DNA of 64,000 nt from Polyangiaceae bacterium. GTDB taxonomy: Bacteria > Myxococcota_A > Polyangia > Polyangiales > Polyangiaceae. Both the position numbers and the translations under genes were made by a program. How positions within the stretch are numbered: position 1 is the stretch's first letter; every line of letters begins with the position of its first letter. Shown piece after piece: positions 1-9,337 of the stretch. The notes below the pieces were generated by a model. That model did not search any database, was not told where the DNA came from, and saw nothing but the letters and a program-made list of their open reading frames with translations. Where the stretch lies: assembly GCA_044376115.1 (NCBI GenBank), contig JBILLK010000029.1, forward strand, positions 32,001-96,000, read 5' to 3'.

Positions 1-393
1 CCGGCGCTCGCCTCGATCCCGCTAGCACTCTATGGTGCCGCGCTGCTCGCTACCTACTTCTTCTTCAATGAGGAAGTCCGCTTGGAGCTCGACGAGCAAA
101 ACTTGAGCTTATCGCGCAGTCGATTGCTCTTCGGCGCGAGGCTTACGCCGCGCCTTGATTGGCAGATACCGCTCGCATCCTTGACCCACGCGAAGGAGCT
201 TAGAACGCGGACCCCCGCCAGAGAGGGAGGCTGGAAGCGGACCGCGGTCTTGCAGCTCCCGGAGGGCCGCACGCTCGATGCTCGCGAGCTAGGCGGCAGC
301 CAAGACAAAAGCAGCGCCTACAACCAACTCGTCAGCGTGCTAGAACAACGGCTAGGAGCCGCGTTCGAGCGTCCACAGAGGCGGGTTGAGTGA
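1..393 (+). CDS. Hypothetical membrane protein, 5'-truncated by window edge
   Basis: Frame 1 is open from base 1 (PALASIPLALYGAALLATYFFFNEEVRLELDE...), a TM segment followed by a soluble domain, ending at TGA 393. Confidence 0.65.
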   Translation, partial: PALASIPLALYGAALLATYFFFNEEVRLELDEQNLSLSRSRLLFGARLTPRLDWQIPLASLTHAKELRTRTPAREGGWKRTAVLQLPEGRTLDARELGGSQDKSSAYNQLVSVLEQRLGAAFERPQRRVE

Positions 394-810
394 GTCGTCT
401 TAACGCCCGCCACACTGCCCCCGAGCTGTGGCTCTGATGCGCCTTCGAGCCGCAGCTAGTTTGGTCTTCGGTTTACTCGCGGAGCTTTCCACGACCGCCG
501 TCGGCCCCGGCGACTCGGGTAGCGAGCTTGGTTAGGGCCTGTGCGCCGCCAGAGCGCGGACTCGCGTTTACATTGTTATTCGACGGTGGCATCGTTCAAC
601 TGGGCGGTAATAACGAGGTACCCAGCGACTTACAGAGGTGCCTCCAAGCGGAGAGCAAACGCTTCTTGCGCGGACTACCCACGCTCTGGGCCGACGTGGA
701 TTGGCGGCCGCGCTAGACCACGTGGTTCCCCAGGACGCTCTAGTGCGCAGCAGGTACTCGGCGCGATCACCGTGGGTTCAACAGGTTTGGGAGACTCCAC
801 AAGCCTTCCG

Positions 811-2379
811 CTACGGGTCGTTTAGCACGGATATCCCCGCCACTCCCTCGTACGTCGCGTACTGCCGTGTGCTGTGAAAGAGCGTTACTTCGTAGGTTCC
901 TTTGGCCGCGAGCGGACACTCGATCTCGAAGCGCTGATTGCGCGTTACCTGGCATCGGCTCTCCTCTCCCGTGGCCGAAGTAGCCGTCGCGAGCAGCCAA
1001 TCCTTGGCGGAGCGTTCGACGACTAGATTGATACTTCCACGCGCGGTCACCTGAGAACGGTCGGGGCTAATGAGCTTGAGGCCGTGCGCATAGAACGACG
1101 GCTGCAGCACGGGTGCACGAAAGAACTCGCCGCGTGTAATTGGCTTATCGAGCAGTTGCCACTTCGGCTCGTCGGGGAAGTGCTTCACAGCAAATACGTT
1201 CGGTGGAGTAAACAAGTAGTCGGATGAGTAAGCGCGCGTAAACCGCATGCGACTTTCACCCGCTGGAATGCCGACGTGACCTGCGTTCCAGGTTGCATCC
1301 ACCAAGTACGACTTGGCGTCGATCACCACGATATTCCAGGCATGACCTTCGCCAGCCAAGTCCGAGCCCGACCCACGCGCGTCTCCAACCACGTACTGCA
1401 CATCAAAACCGGCGGCCTTCCCGAGCGCCTGAAGGAGCCGCGCGTAGCCAGCACAAACAGCCTTACGAGAGACGAATACGGTTTGAGCGTCCTGGTCCCG
1501 AATGCGACCGGACTCCAGCATCTCAACGTCGTAGTCGATGTGCGTCGCAACCCAATCGTGCAGCAGCCTAAAACGCGACATCGAGTCCGCCTCATGGGCG
1601 ATGGCGTACTTGGCCAGCGATTCGAAGGAGCCCTCTGCTGCCGTAGGCACCTCGGTCGAGAGCGGATGCGGCCGCGCAGCTGAAGGCCAAGGGTGATCGG
1701 CGGTGACGCGTTCGACGAAGTCGGTCGGCTCGGGAGGCCGCGGCACTGCCGGAAGAAGTGGAGATGTAGAACCGGGGGTAGAGGCTGGCTGCGCCGAAGG
1801 CGCTAGCGACGGGCCTTCCGGATCGACGAGCGTTAGCGAACTCTCCTGTCTCGGTCCTACGCCAGCGCCGGAGTCCGGCGCACCTTCGCGGAAAGGATGC
1901 GGTTGGCTGAGGTCGTACAGCCAAGCAAGCTTCTCAGCGCCGGCAAACAGTGCGCCGCGAAGCCGCTGCGAGGTTGCATCGCTGCGCCCATCGAGCATCC
2001 AATCACCGCGGGTCGCGAGAGCTTCAAAGCCCTGCTGTGGCTGCCACGTCAGAACCCCCACCAGAAACAGTAGATTGATAATCAGCGTCCGCAAGAGCAC
2101 GCGGTCGCCACGGGTAAGGAAGCGCTGGCCAGGCTTCCGACGAAACCGCCATTCGGCAAAGGCCTCCCACGCGAGTGGCGTCACCGGGAACAACAGCAAC
2201 CCAGTCACAGCTGCCAGCCAAACCTCGCCTCCCCGATAGGTGGCGAGTGAGGAAGCCAACCAAAAGCCAAGCATCGGCAGAAGCACGACGAAGGCCGCCC
2301 ATAACAGCTTGAGCATCCCTAGCAGCACGGTGCCGATTGCAATCCGAGCGGGGCTGGTTTTGGGTTTCGGCTTGGTCAC
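811..2379 (-). CDS. Membrane-anchored transglutaminase-like domain protein
   Basis: N-terminal TM helices, Pro-rich linker, then HDWVATHIDYD...AVCAGYA...HAWN...DATW (Cys-His-Asp triad pattern). Confidence 0.85.
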   Translation of the reverse strand: MTKPKPKTSPARIAIGTVLLGMLKLLWAAFVVLLPMLGFWLASSLATYRGGEVWLAAVTGLLLFPVTPLAWEAFAEWRFRRKPGQRFLTRGDRVLLRTLIINLLFLVGVLTWQPQQGFEALATRGDWMLDGRSDATSQRLRGALFAGAEKLAWLYDLSQPHPFREGAPDSGAGVGPRQESSLTLVDPEGPSLAPSAQPASTPGSTSPLLPAVPRPPEPTDFVERVTADHPWPSAARPHPLSTEVPTAAEGSFESLAKYAIAHEADSMSRFRLLHDWVATHIDYDVEMLESGRIRDQDAQTVFVSRKAVCAGYARLLQALGKAAGFDVQYVVGDARGSGSDLAGEGHAWNIVVIDAKSYLVDATWNAGHVGIPAGESRMRFTRAYSSDYLFTPPNVFAVKHFPDEPKWQLLDKPITRGEFFRAPVLQPSFYAHGLKLISPDRSQVTARGSINLVVERSAKDWLLATATSATGEESRCQVTRNQRFEIECPLAAKGTYEVTLFHSTRQYATYEGVAGISVLNDP

Positions 2380-2476
2380 GCGGCGAGTGTAGCCGCCAAC
2401 TCAGCATTGGGGCCGTCCTTCGACCGACACCGTCGGAGCCTATGGCGCAATATGCACAGCTCCACTATGAGGGGAC

Positions 2477-3514
2477 ATGGTCCGAGTTCCCCTTGTCGAG
2501 CTGTACAATCGCTTTGAGCAAGAGCTAGAGCGGAGAGCCGCACGCGAGGACCTGGCGAAAGAAGCGGCTGGGCTCCGGACTCGATGGGCGTCCGGATTGC
2601 ACTTTACCAAAGGCGGCCTGCTCGTTGCTATTCCACTATTGAGCGCCGCCTTTCTCATTGATCCCGCGACTGGCGCCCTGCTGCGCAGCTGGGCCCTCCG
2701 AGAGCCGCTGACCGACACCAAGCACGACTCGCTGCAGGCATTTCGCATCGAAGATCTGGTGGTGCTGGAGCACGGCGCCATGGCGAGTCATGCGGGCGAC
2801 AGAGTCAACTTCCTGCATCTGTTTCACGGCGATGCAGAAGTTCCGCACACGATGCTCGAGCCGTACGGCCCCGCTGGAGAGATGGCTTGGGCCGTGAACC
2901 CGAACGGCAGCAAGCTCGTGACCGTGGCGTTCGACGACGAGAGCGAGCGGCTCGTGGCCGAGTTCTTCAACGCCAAGGGCAAACGGCTACGGCGCACGAA
3001 GATAGGTGTCGAGGATGAGACAGACTACGGGGCGGTGTGCCTCGATGCGGAGGATCACCTTGCGGTCGTCGGGGAGTTCGGGCTGCAGCTGCGCAAGCTC
3101 GGAGTCGCCAAGAAGATGGCCAAGTGGGCGTCGCCAGGGCCGTTGACCAAGGTCATCTACCCGACCTCCCTCGCCACGGTCGTTGGCATCGAGCAAGGCA
3201 AACAAGGCGTGGTCTGGAAGTTCAGGACCACAGAGAAGCCCAAGGTCATCGGGATTCAGCTCGCTGCAGGGCAGCCCGTTCGCTTCCTCGGGATGAGTAG
3301 GGACGAGTCCGTCTCATGGTGGCTCGCGACAGCCGCAGACGGAGCGCGCGATCTGTTTCGGCTCAACCACGGCAGCGCAAAGACCGAGCGGGCGCATATC
3401 AAGGCGAACGACGCGTGGAGCTTTGATGCTCAATGCGAAAACGCAGCGGTCCTCGAGGAGAGCATGCTCGTGCTTCAGCCGATCCACGCAACTTGGAAAC
3501 CCGCGGGTCCCTAG
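2477..3514 (+). CDS. Hypothetical protein, possibly beta-propeller-like
   Basis: 345-aa ORF with host-like codon usage and beta-strand-rich repeats (WAVNPNGSKLVTV, VCLDAEDHLAVV). Confidence 0.6.
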   Translation: MVRVPLVELYNRFEQELERRAAREDLAKEAAGLRTRWASGLHFTKGGLLVAIPLLSAAFLIDPATGALLRSWALREPLTDTKHDSLQAFRIEDLVVLEHGAMASHAGDRVNFLHLFHGDAEVPHTMLEPYGPAGEMAWAVNPNGSKLVTVAFDDESERLVAEFFNAKGKRLRRTKIGVEDETDYGAVCLDAEDHLAVVGEFGLQLRKLGVAKKMAKWASPGPLTKVIYPTSLATVVGIEQGKQGVVWKFRTTEKPKVIGIQLAAGQPVRFLGMSRDESVSWWLATAADGARDLFRLNHGSAKTERAHIKANDAWSFDAQCENAAVLEESMLVLQPIHATWKPAGP

Positions 3515-3571
3515 TGCAAACTTGAGTGGAACGTGCGGCGGCAGCGAAGGGCCGCAAACCAATCAAGCAAA

Positions 3572-3593
3572 ACCTTGCTCGATTGAGCAAGGT
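3572..3593. promoter_or_regulatory. Perfect 9-bp inverted repeat, candidate activator binding site
   Basis: ACCTTGCTC-GATT-GAGCAAGGT in the intergenic region, ~70 bp upstream of a -24/-12-like motif. Confidence 0.5.
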
Positions 3594-3662
3594 ACTGCGC
3601 GCAAGGTCGTGACCTCGAAAGACCACACCGACACTTTGCCCAGCGCTGAGACGTGCAACGGA

Positions 3663-3678
3663 CGGCCCGTGCTTTGCA
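3663..3678 (+). promoter_or_regulatory. Candidate sigma54 (-24/-12) promoter
   Basis: CGGCCCG-TGCT-TTGCA has correct GG-N10-GC spacing against consensus TGGCACG-N4-TTGCW. Confidence 0.45.
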
Positions 3679-3748
3679 CAGGGCAGCTGAACGTGGTGAC
3701 GATGGGCATTCTGCCTCCACAAGTACCCACGTCCACGGAGAAGACGAA

Positions 3749-4090
3749 ATGAGTTCCGCAGAAACCGACCTCGAACTGGCCGAGATGCAAGGGATCAAAG
3801 TGCCTGGCGTCGCTGAATACGTCGGCGGACTCGCAGGCGCCGTCCCGTTTTTTCTACACGTCTCAAACTCGTCAACAACCATGGTCAACGGGGTCACCAC
3901 GGCGGCGAAGCACTTCGACTACGTCGCCGTCTCGGGTGGAGTCGTGGCCGGACTTTTTGGAGTTGTTTCTCTCGCGCTTTTAGCAAAAACAGCCCCGTCG
4001 AAGAGGGCGCTACGCGGCTTGGCAGCGGGCGCCATCCTGCTCCTCGCTGCGTTCCAGCTTGCGCGCGGGTTCGGCGTCGTTGGAGCGTGA
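3749..4090 (+). CDS. Small membrane protein (about 3 TM)
   Basis: GGAG-containing RBS before ATG 3749 (MSSAETDLE...); hydrophobic helices. Confidence 0.7.
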   Translation: MSSAETDLELAEMQGIKVPGVAEYVGGLAGAVPFFLHVSNSSTTMVNGVTTAAKHFDYVAVSGGVVAGLFGVVSLALLAKTAPSKRALRGLAAGAILLLAAFQLARGFGVVGA

Positions 4091-4099
4091 GCCCAATCT

Positions 4100-5326
4100 T
4101 TACTGCACTGGCAACGGTACGACGCCCACCCAGGCGGGGCTCGAGCCAGTCACGGTGGTGGTAAGGGGGCTGAGGGCGCCCGTCTGCGGCTCGAGCGCAA
4201 ACGCGACCACTTCGTCGGATTGCTGATTAGCCACCAATAAGAGGTTACCGGCCGGGTCGATACCGAAGTTACGCGGCCAGTTGCCGTCTGTCGCGGTATG
4301 CCCCATTGCAGTGAGGGCGCCGGTAACCGGATCCACAGCGAAGTGCGCGAGGCTATTATGGCCGCGGTTCGAGCCGTACAAATGCAGACCGTTCGGGTGA
4401 ATATGCAGGTCGGCGCAGAAGTTGTCCTCTGGCGCAGCGCCGCTTGGGAGGGTGGAGACCGAGCCGACGCTGGAGAGCGCGCCGTCGCTGTCGACCGCGA
4501 AGGTGGTAACTGTATCTCCGAGTTCGCCAATCACGTAGACCACCGGTAACGACGGGTGGAACTCGAGGTGACGTGGGCCGGTCCCCGCCGGGAGCGCGGC
4601 ATCACTGGCCATGGGCGTAAGCTCGCCGGTGGCCACGTCAAAGTCGAACTGAGCCACAAGATCACTACCCAAACAAGGGACGTATACATGGCTATTGCTG
4701 GCATCCGCACGGATGGCGTGCGCGTTCTCGCCGGGGCTCTCGACGTCAACCGCCGCGCCCAGCGAGCCGTCCGCGAGCACAGGCAATACGGCCACCGTAC
4801 CTCCGCCGTAGTTGGCAACGAATACCCAGTTACCCGTGGCGTCAACAGATACATACGCAGGTCCGTTGCCCTCCGAGCTTTGGCGCTGACCTAACTCACT
4901 GAGGGCACCGCTCGCCTGATCCACGGCGAAGGCGAGCACCTCACTATTGTTCTCATCCACGGCGTAGAGACGCGTCTTGTCGGGGGAAGCGGCCAAAAAG
5001 GAAGGGTTGCCGGCAACCTCGAACGAGCTCTGCGGGCTCAAGACCCCCGAATCGCGATCCAAGGCATAGGACTGCAGCTGGCCGTCTCCGTTACCGACGT
5101 AAACGATGGGCAACGTCGGCAAGGGCGCCATGCCTCCGGCTCCGCCGCTCGCAGCGGCCCCGGCGCCGCCGCCACCGTTGCTATTACCCCCAACCGAAGA
5201 AGCAGCTCCCCCACCCTGTCCGCCCGCCCCAGCGCCGCCAGCTCCGTTACCGCCGCTGGAGCTGTCGTCGCCGCACGCAGCGAGGATCGCGAGAGAAGCG
5301 AATAGATGAGCGGCGCGGTTCGACAT
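4100..5326 (-). CDS. Lactonase-family (6-phosphogluconolactonase/YbhE-like 7-blade propeller) lipoprotein
   Basis: Lipobox LAAC, Gly-rich linker, motifs VANYGGG, HAI, GPRHLEFHP, SNRGHNS, WPRNF, ANQQSD. Confidence 0.9.
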   Translation of the reverse strand: MSNRAAHLFASLAILAACGDDSSSGGNGAGGAGAGGQGGGAASSVGGNSNGGGGAGAAASGGAGGMAPLPTLPIVYVGNGDGQLQSYALDRDSGVLSPQSSFEVAGNPSFLAASPDKTRLYAVDENNSEVLAFAVDQASGALSELGQRQSSEGNGPAYVSVDATGNWVFVANYGGGTVAVLPVLADGSLGAAVDVESPGENAHAIRADASNSHVYVPCLGSDLVAQFDFDVATGELTPMASDAALPAGTGPRHLEFHPSLPVVYVIGELGDTVTTFAVDSDGALSSVGSVSTLPSGAAPEDNFCADLHIHPNGLHLYGSNRGHNSLAHFAVDPVTGALTAMGHTATDGNWPRNFGIDPAGNLLLVANQQSDEVVAFALEPQTGALSPLTTTVTGSSPAWVGVVPLPVQ

Positions 5327-5361
5327 TGCGACGCAGGCTACTCGGCTTGCGCGCCCGGGCG

Positions 5362-6330
5362 CTACTTCGCCCGCTCTGAAGGCGGCGCGAGCAAGGCCGG
5401 CTCCACCTCCCCTTCCAAGGCCTCGAGGAAGGCGACAAGATCGTCAATCTCGCCTTGGGTCAGCTCCTCACCGAGCTGATGACGGCCCATAAGTTCGACC
5501 GCCTCGGCGAGCGTCTCCACGCTGCCATCGTGAAAGTACGGCGCAGTGCGGCTCACGTTGCGCAGCTGCGGTACGACAAAGACCATCTCGTCATCGGGAT
5601 CGCCGGTGAGCTCGAATAGGCCGCGATCGTGGCGCTTGTCCTGCGGCCACGGCTCTTGATCGCCGAGCACCTCGAAGCGCCGCCCGCCAACGCCTGGGCC
5701 GTCGTGACAGAAGGCGCAGTTGCCTTGGAAGAAGTCGAGACCGCGTTGCTCGCTAGCGTTGAGCGCGCTTTCGTCGCCGAGCAGAAAGCTATCGACGCGG
5801 CTGGGTGCGACGAGGGCGCGTTCGTAGCTGGCGATGGCCTGCGCGACTCGCTCCAGGCTGACCGCATCATCCTTGAAGGCCGCCGTAAAGAGCGCCTGAT
5901 AGCGCTCGTCCGCGCCGAGGTACGCGAGCACCGTCTGCTCGTCGGCGGCCATCTCGTTATCCGCAAAGAGCGGCATCAGCGCCTGCTCTTCCAGAGTGCT
6001 CGCGCGACCGTCCCAGAACAAAAGCTCCTTGAAGCCTACGTTGATCACCGTAGGCGAATTGCGCGGCCCCAACTGACCGAGCACCCCAACCGCTACCGGC
6101 TTGTCGTCGTCTCCACCTTGCTCTGGGAGGTGGCATGAGGCGCACGAGACGAGCCCGTCCGAAGAAAGTTGCGGGTCGAAGAAGAGCGCCTGGCCGAGTT
6201 CCACCTGGGCTCGCTCACGATCGGCGAGGGAGCTCAGATCGAGCGGCTCAATCGCTTCAATGGCGCGGCATCCGCTCATGGCGCCGAGAAACAGTAGCGC
6301 CGTCCCGCACAAGGCTTTGTAGTTCTTCAT
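5362..6330 (-). CDS. Di-heme cytochrome c peroxidase / MauG family lipoprotein
   Basis: CASCH and CAFCH heme motifs, LGQALFFDPQLS, RNSPT, FWDGRA, PYFHDGS; start placed at ATG 6330 from -10 box spacing. Confidence 0.92.
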   Translation of the reverse strand: MKNYKALCGTALLFLGAMSGCRAIEAIEPLDLSSLADRERAQVELGQALFFDPQLSSDGLVSCASCHLPEQGGDDDKPVAVGVLGQLGPRNSPTVINVGFKELLFWDGRASTLEEQALMPLFADNEMAADEQTVLAYLGADERYQALFTAAFKDDAVSLERVAQAIASYERALVAPSRVDSFLLGDESALNASEQRGLDFFQGNCAFCHDGPGVGGRRFEVLGDQEPWPQDKRHDRGLFELTGDPDDEMVFVVPQLRNVSRTAPYFHDGSVETLAEAVELMGRHQLGEELTQGEIDDLVAFLEALEGEVEPALLAPPSERAK

Positions 6331-6364
6331 GCCCAAAAGCTAGGCCGCAGCCCGGATGCGCGCG

Positions 6365-6413
6365 CGGTCCTAGCCGGACAAAATCTGGACACCAGCGGCC
6401 AAACGATTGGCCT
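6365..6413. promoter_or_regulatory. Helically phased direct repeats, candidate AraC-family operator
   Basis: cggtcc/cggaca/tggaca/cggcca/tggcct with GG at 6366, 6376, 6387, 6397, 6409, between the AraC gene and the peroxidase promoter. Confidence 0.5.
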
Positions 6414-6429
6414 GCGATGCCCCCCCGGC

Positions 6430-7425
6430 CTAGAGCGAGGCGCGGAACTTTGCCGGCGAAGCGCCGGTCCAGCGCTGAAACGAGCGTCGAAAAGCCCGTT
6501 CGTCCGCGAAATCGAGCAAGAACGCGATCTCGCCCAACGGCAGTGTGCGCTCACCGAGATAACGCTTGGCCAGATCCAGCCGCACACGGTCGCGAAGCTC
6601 GAGGAAGCTTGTACCGTGCTCGTTCAAGCGGCGCCGCAGCGTGCGTTCAGAGAGCCCGAGCCGCGCCCCCGCCGACTCGAGCGACAGCGAGCCCGAGGGC
6701 AAGAGCTCGGTCAGCGTCCGCTGAACCTGGTCGAGGAAGGTGTCCGGCGGCTGGTGCTCGGCGAGGGCTGCCTCGGCCGTGCGCAGCAAGAAGTCGTGCA
6801 AGCGAGCGTCGGCGTGTTGCACTGGACGCTCGGCGTCCTCGCTGGAGAAGGTGATGCGAGCGAGGGGCGCATCCCAGTGGATCTCGGTGGCGAAGAAGGC
6901 GTTGTGCGCGGCGATGTTGCGAGGAGCAGAATGCCGAAAGCTGACGTTGAGCGGGATGATCGCATGGCCTGCAAGTTGTCTCGACACCTCGAGCATTTGC
7001 GCGAACATGCTCTCGGTTGCACAGCGCGCAGCGAGCGGAAGTGGACCACTGGGGCGCGCCCAGATTGAAAGGCCCTGCTTGCTGCGCTCCACCTCGAAAA
7101 CGCTCGAGGTGGTGTAGAGCGGCTGATAGCGGCGAGCGGCGTCCACTGCGGCGCCAAGCGTTGGCGCCGATCGCATGGCGAAGCCCATCACGTCGTAGGT
7201 CTCGACGGGCACATGACGAGCGATATCCACGATGAAGCCCGGATCATTGGTGAGCCGGACGCTGTGCTCGATCGCGCCGAAGTGAACGGGCAGCGGGATG
7301 ATGGCCCAGGCGTCCTCGGGAAGCGAGCTTGCGCCGGCCCGACGAAGTACCTCCTCTGGGTCGAGCCCACGCGAGCGCGCGGCCGCAAGCACGGCTCGGG
7401 TGGCGGCGGCGCGGATCCAGCTCAT
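6430..7425 (-). CDS. AraC family transcriptional regulator (N-terminal ligand-binding domain + HTH)
   Basis: LGLSERTLRRRL...IAFLLDFADERAFRRSFQRWTGASP; start ATG 7425 (MSWIRAA). Confidence 0.92.
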   Translation of the reverse strand: MSWIRAAATRAVLAAARSRGLDPEEVLRRAGASSLPEDAWAIIPLPVHFGAIEHSVRLTNDPGFIVDIARHVPVETYDVMGFAMRSAPTLGAAVDAARRYQPLYTTSSVFEVERSKQGLSIWARPSGPLPLAARCATESMFAQMLEVSRQLAGHAIIPLNVSFRHSAPRNIAAHNAFFATEIHWDAPLARITFSSEDAERPVQHADARLHDFLLRTAEAALAEHQPPDTFLDQVQRTLTELLPSGSLSLESAGARLGLSERTLRRRLNEHGTSFLELRDRVRLDLAKRYLGERTLPLGEIAFLLDFADERAFRRSFQRWTGASPAKFRASL

Positions 7426-7537
7426 GGCCGCAACATAGCGAACTCGGTGGCCCGCGCTGCGAGGATCCGACGTGGACCATCGGTCCTGGGTTGGCTGGGA
7501 TCTTTGAGCTACGGTGCTGGAGGTCGAACGGAACTTT

Positions 7538-8291
7538 ATGGATCTCAGGCTTGGGAGTGCTTTCACCGTTGCTGGGCTGCTGTTCGCTTGCGGTGAAAGC
7601 ATGCCCGCTGCGCCGGGCGGCAACGGCGGTGCTTCCAACACGAGCTCCGGCGGCTACGGTGGAAACGGCGGGGAGGAGTTACGGGGACCCGACGCAGCCT
7701 TTCTCCAGCGTTGGTGCGGGCGGATTGTATGAGCCTAGCTGCTTCGATGAAAGCAAGGCCGTTGGCCTTGGTCCGCTGATCGTGAAGACGGGCCAGGATC
7801 TGTGCACCCCGGAGATCATCGCCGAGTCCTTCACCGCTTGTGTCGACAGCGCAGCTGACGAGGCCATCTGCACCGCCTTCACCGATGCAAACCCAGGCTG
7901 CGCAGCCTGCCTCGGCCTCGGCGGCGGGGAACCAACAGGGATTCACCCTGTGGTACTCCAAGCCGGCATGATCAAGTTGGTCAACGACGCTGCTTGCCAT
8001 GCGGCTGCCCAAGACAAGCTGCGATGCGCTCAGCCAGTGGCCGACTATATGTTCTGCACATTCACCGCCTGTGGGGCGTGCGAGCTCGGAAGCTATGACT
8101 TGGGCGAATGCCTCGCTTTCGCTGAGGATAAATTCTGCCGAGGAATCTTCCCCTTTCCCGCGAATTGCTATTCGCTCATCGCGACCCAATACGAGGATGT
8201 TCCCCAGTGCACGGGTTCGGACTTCGTCTCGCTATACAACAATGTAGCGAACTACCTGTGCGGCCCAGCCATCGTCCCGCCGCCACCGTGA
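7538..8291 (+). pseudogene. Cys-rich lipoprotein split by a +1 frameshift (pseudogene or sequencing indel)
   Basis: Signal/lipobox LFAC and Gly linker in one frame (from ATG 7538); Cys-rich body in another; switch near the GGGG run at 7670-7673. Confidence 0.7.
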
Positions 8292-8890
8292 TTGCTAGGA
8301 GCTTTGTAAGTTCCGTTGCTGCGGCTCTGCCACATCAAAAGCAGCAGCCACCCACCTAGCGCGAGCGCCCCAACCAGGGAAACGCCCGCAGCAAACTGGG
8401 TGACTTTGGCGAAGGTTTGCGCGTGATTGAGCAGGTGGGACTCGGTGAGCAGCGTCTCCCAGTCGTGCAACACCTCCTCGCCCAAACCAACGAGCGGCAA
8501 GTTCAAGCGATTCGCGTCATCGATGTAGACGGCCAGCTCGAATAGGCTCGTTGAAAGCCAGCCCATACAGACAGCCAGACCAAACCAATCGCGCTGACGG
8601 ACTAACAAGTAAACACCAGCCGCAATCGGAACGGCCAATTGCAGCAGGCTACCGCCGAGCAGCATCCACGTGCGCCCCAGTCCGGAAAAGAGCACATGCC
8701 CCAGCTCGTGAAATGCCAGGGTGATACCGGCAAACCACGAACGGTAATTGTCAGTAAAGCCCGCGAGCAGGTGCTCGACCCCAGCGTAGAGTAGATACAA
8801 CAGTAAGGGCAGCCGCAGCAGCGCGGAGCGGCCTTCGGCCCATTCTCGGGCATCCTCTCGCAACCCTTCCCAAAGCTCCGTGGCGGTCAT
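8252..8890 (-). CDS. Membrane protein with HExxH motif (M50-like zinc metalloprotease)
   Basis: FHELGHVLF within TM helices, downstream HDW motif. Confidence 0.65.
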   Translation of the reverse strand: MTATELWEGLREDAREWAEGRSALLRLPLLLYLLYAGVEHLLAGFTDNYRSWFAGITLAFHELGHVLFSGLGRTWMLLGGSLLQLAVPIAAGVYLLVRQRDWFGLAVCMGWLSTSLFELAVYIDDANRLNLPLVGLGEEVLHDWETLLTESHLLNHAQTFAKVTQFAAGVSLVGALALGGWLLLLMWQSRSNGTYKAPSNHGGGGTMAGPHR

Positions 8891-9035
8891 CGCGCGCTAC
8901 GTTGCACGTTGCCTGCCAAGACCGGGTTGGGCGGTTGCAAGGTCAAAACCGCCGGGCTAGATGGGCAACCAGCGCGTTTCGGTAGCGCTGCCTGTTGGCT
9001 CGAGCCAACAGCTGAGTGCGCAAGCCAACGGGCTG

Positions 9036-9290
9036 CTACTTCCTCAACCGGTAAAGGCGCCCGTCCAAGTCGGTGGTGAAGAAGAGGAATTGCTCATTGC
9101 CAGCCAGCACATCAGCGAACGGAGGGACGACAGCCCGGTCGAGGTGCTCTTGCCGTCCAAACTGACTCGCCACAAGGTCTGTTTTCCCCACTCGCTAAAG
9201 TAGAGATGGCTCTCATCCGCGTGGATTGAACCTGGGCTCACGTCTGCGAGGACCTCGCTGACCTCCTCGGTCGGCGCCTCCGGAGCCAAC
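9036..9290 (-). pseudogene. Remnant C-terminus of a beta-propeller lipoprotein-type gene
   Basis: SIHADESHLYFSEWGKQTLWRVSLDG in one frame and DVLAGNEQFLFFTTDLDGRLYRLRK* in another; no N-terminus. Confidence 0.5.
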
Positions 9291-9337
9291 GTAGGCCGCG
9301 TTGCTTTGCGCTGGCCTCTCGCCGATGATGCTTAACG

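Noticed and set aside
437..716. Possible small frameshifted gene (MRLRAAASLVFGLL... plus VRACAPPERG...)
   Set aside because: Too short, with no recognisable family motif to support a call.
4100..5326. Gene symbol pgl
   Set aside because: The exported lipoprotein architecture argues against the cytoplasmic pentose-phosphate enzyme.
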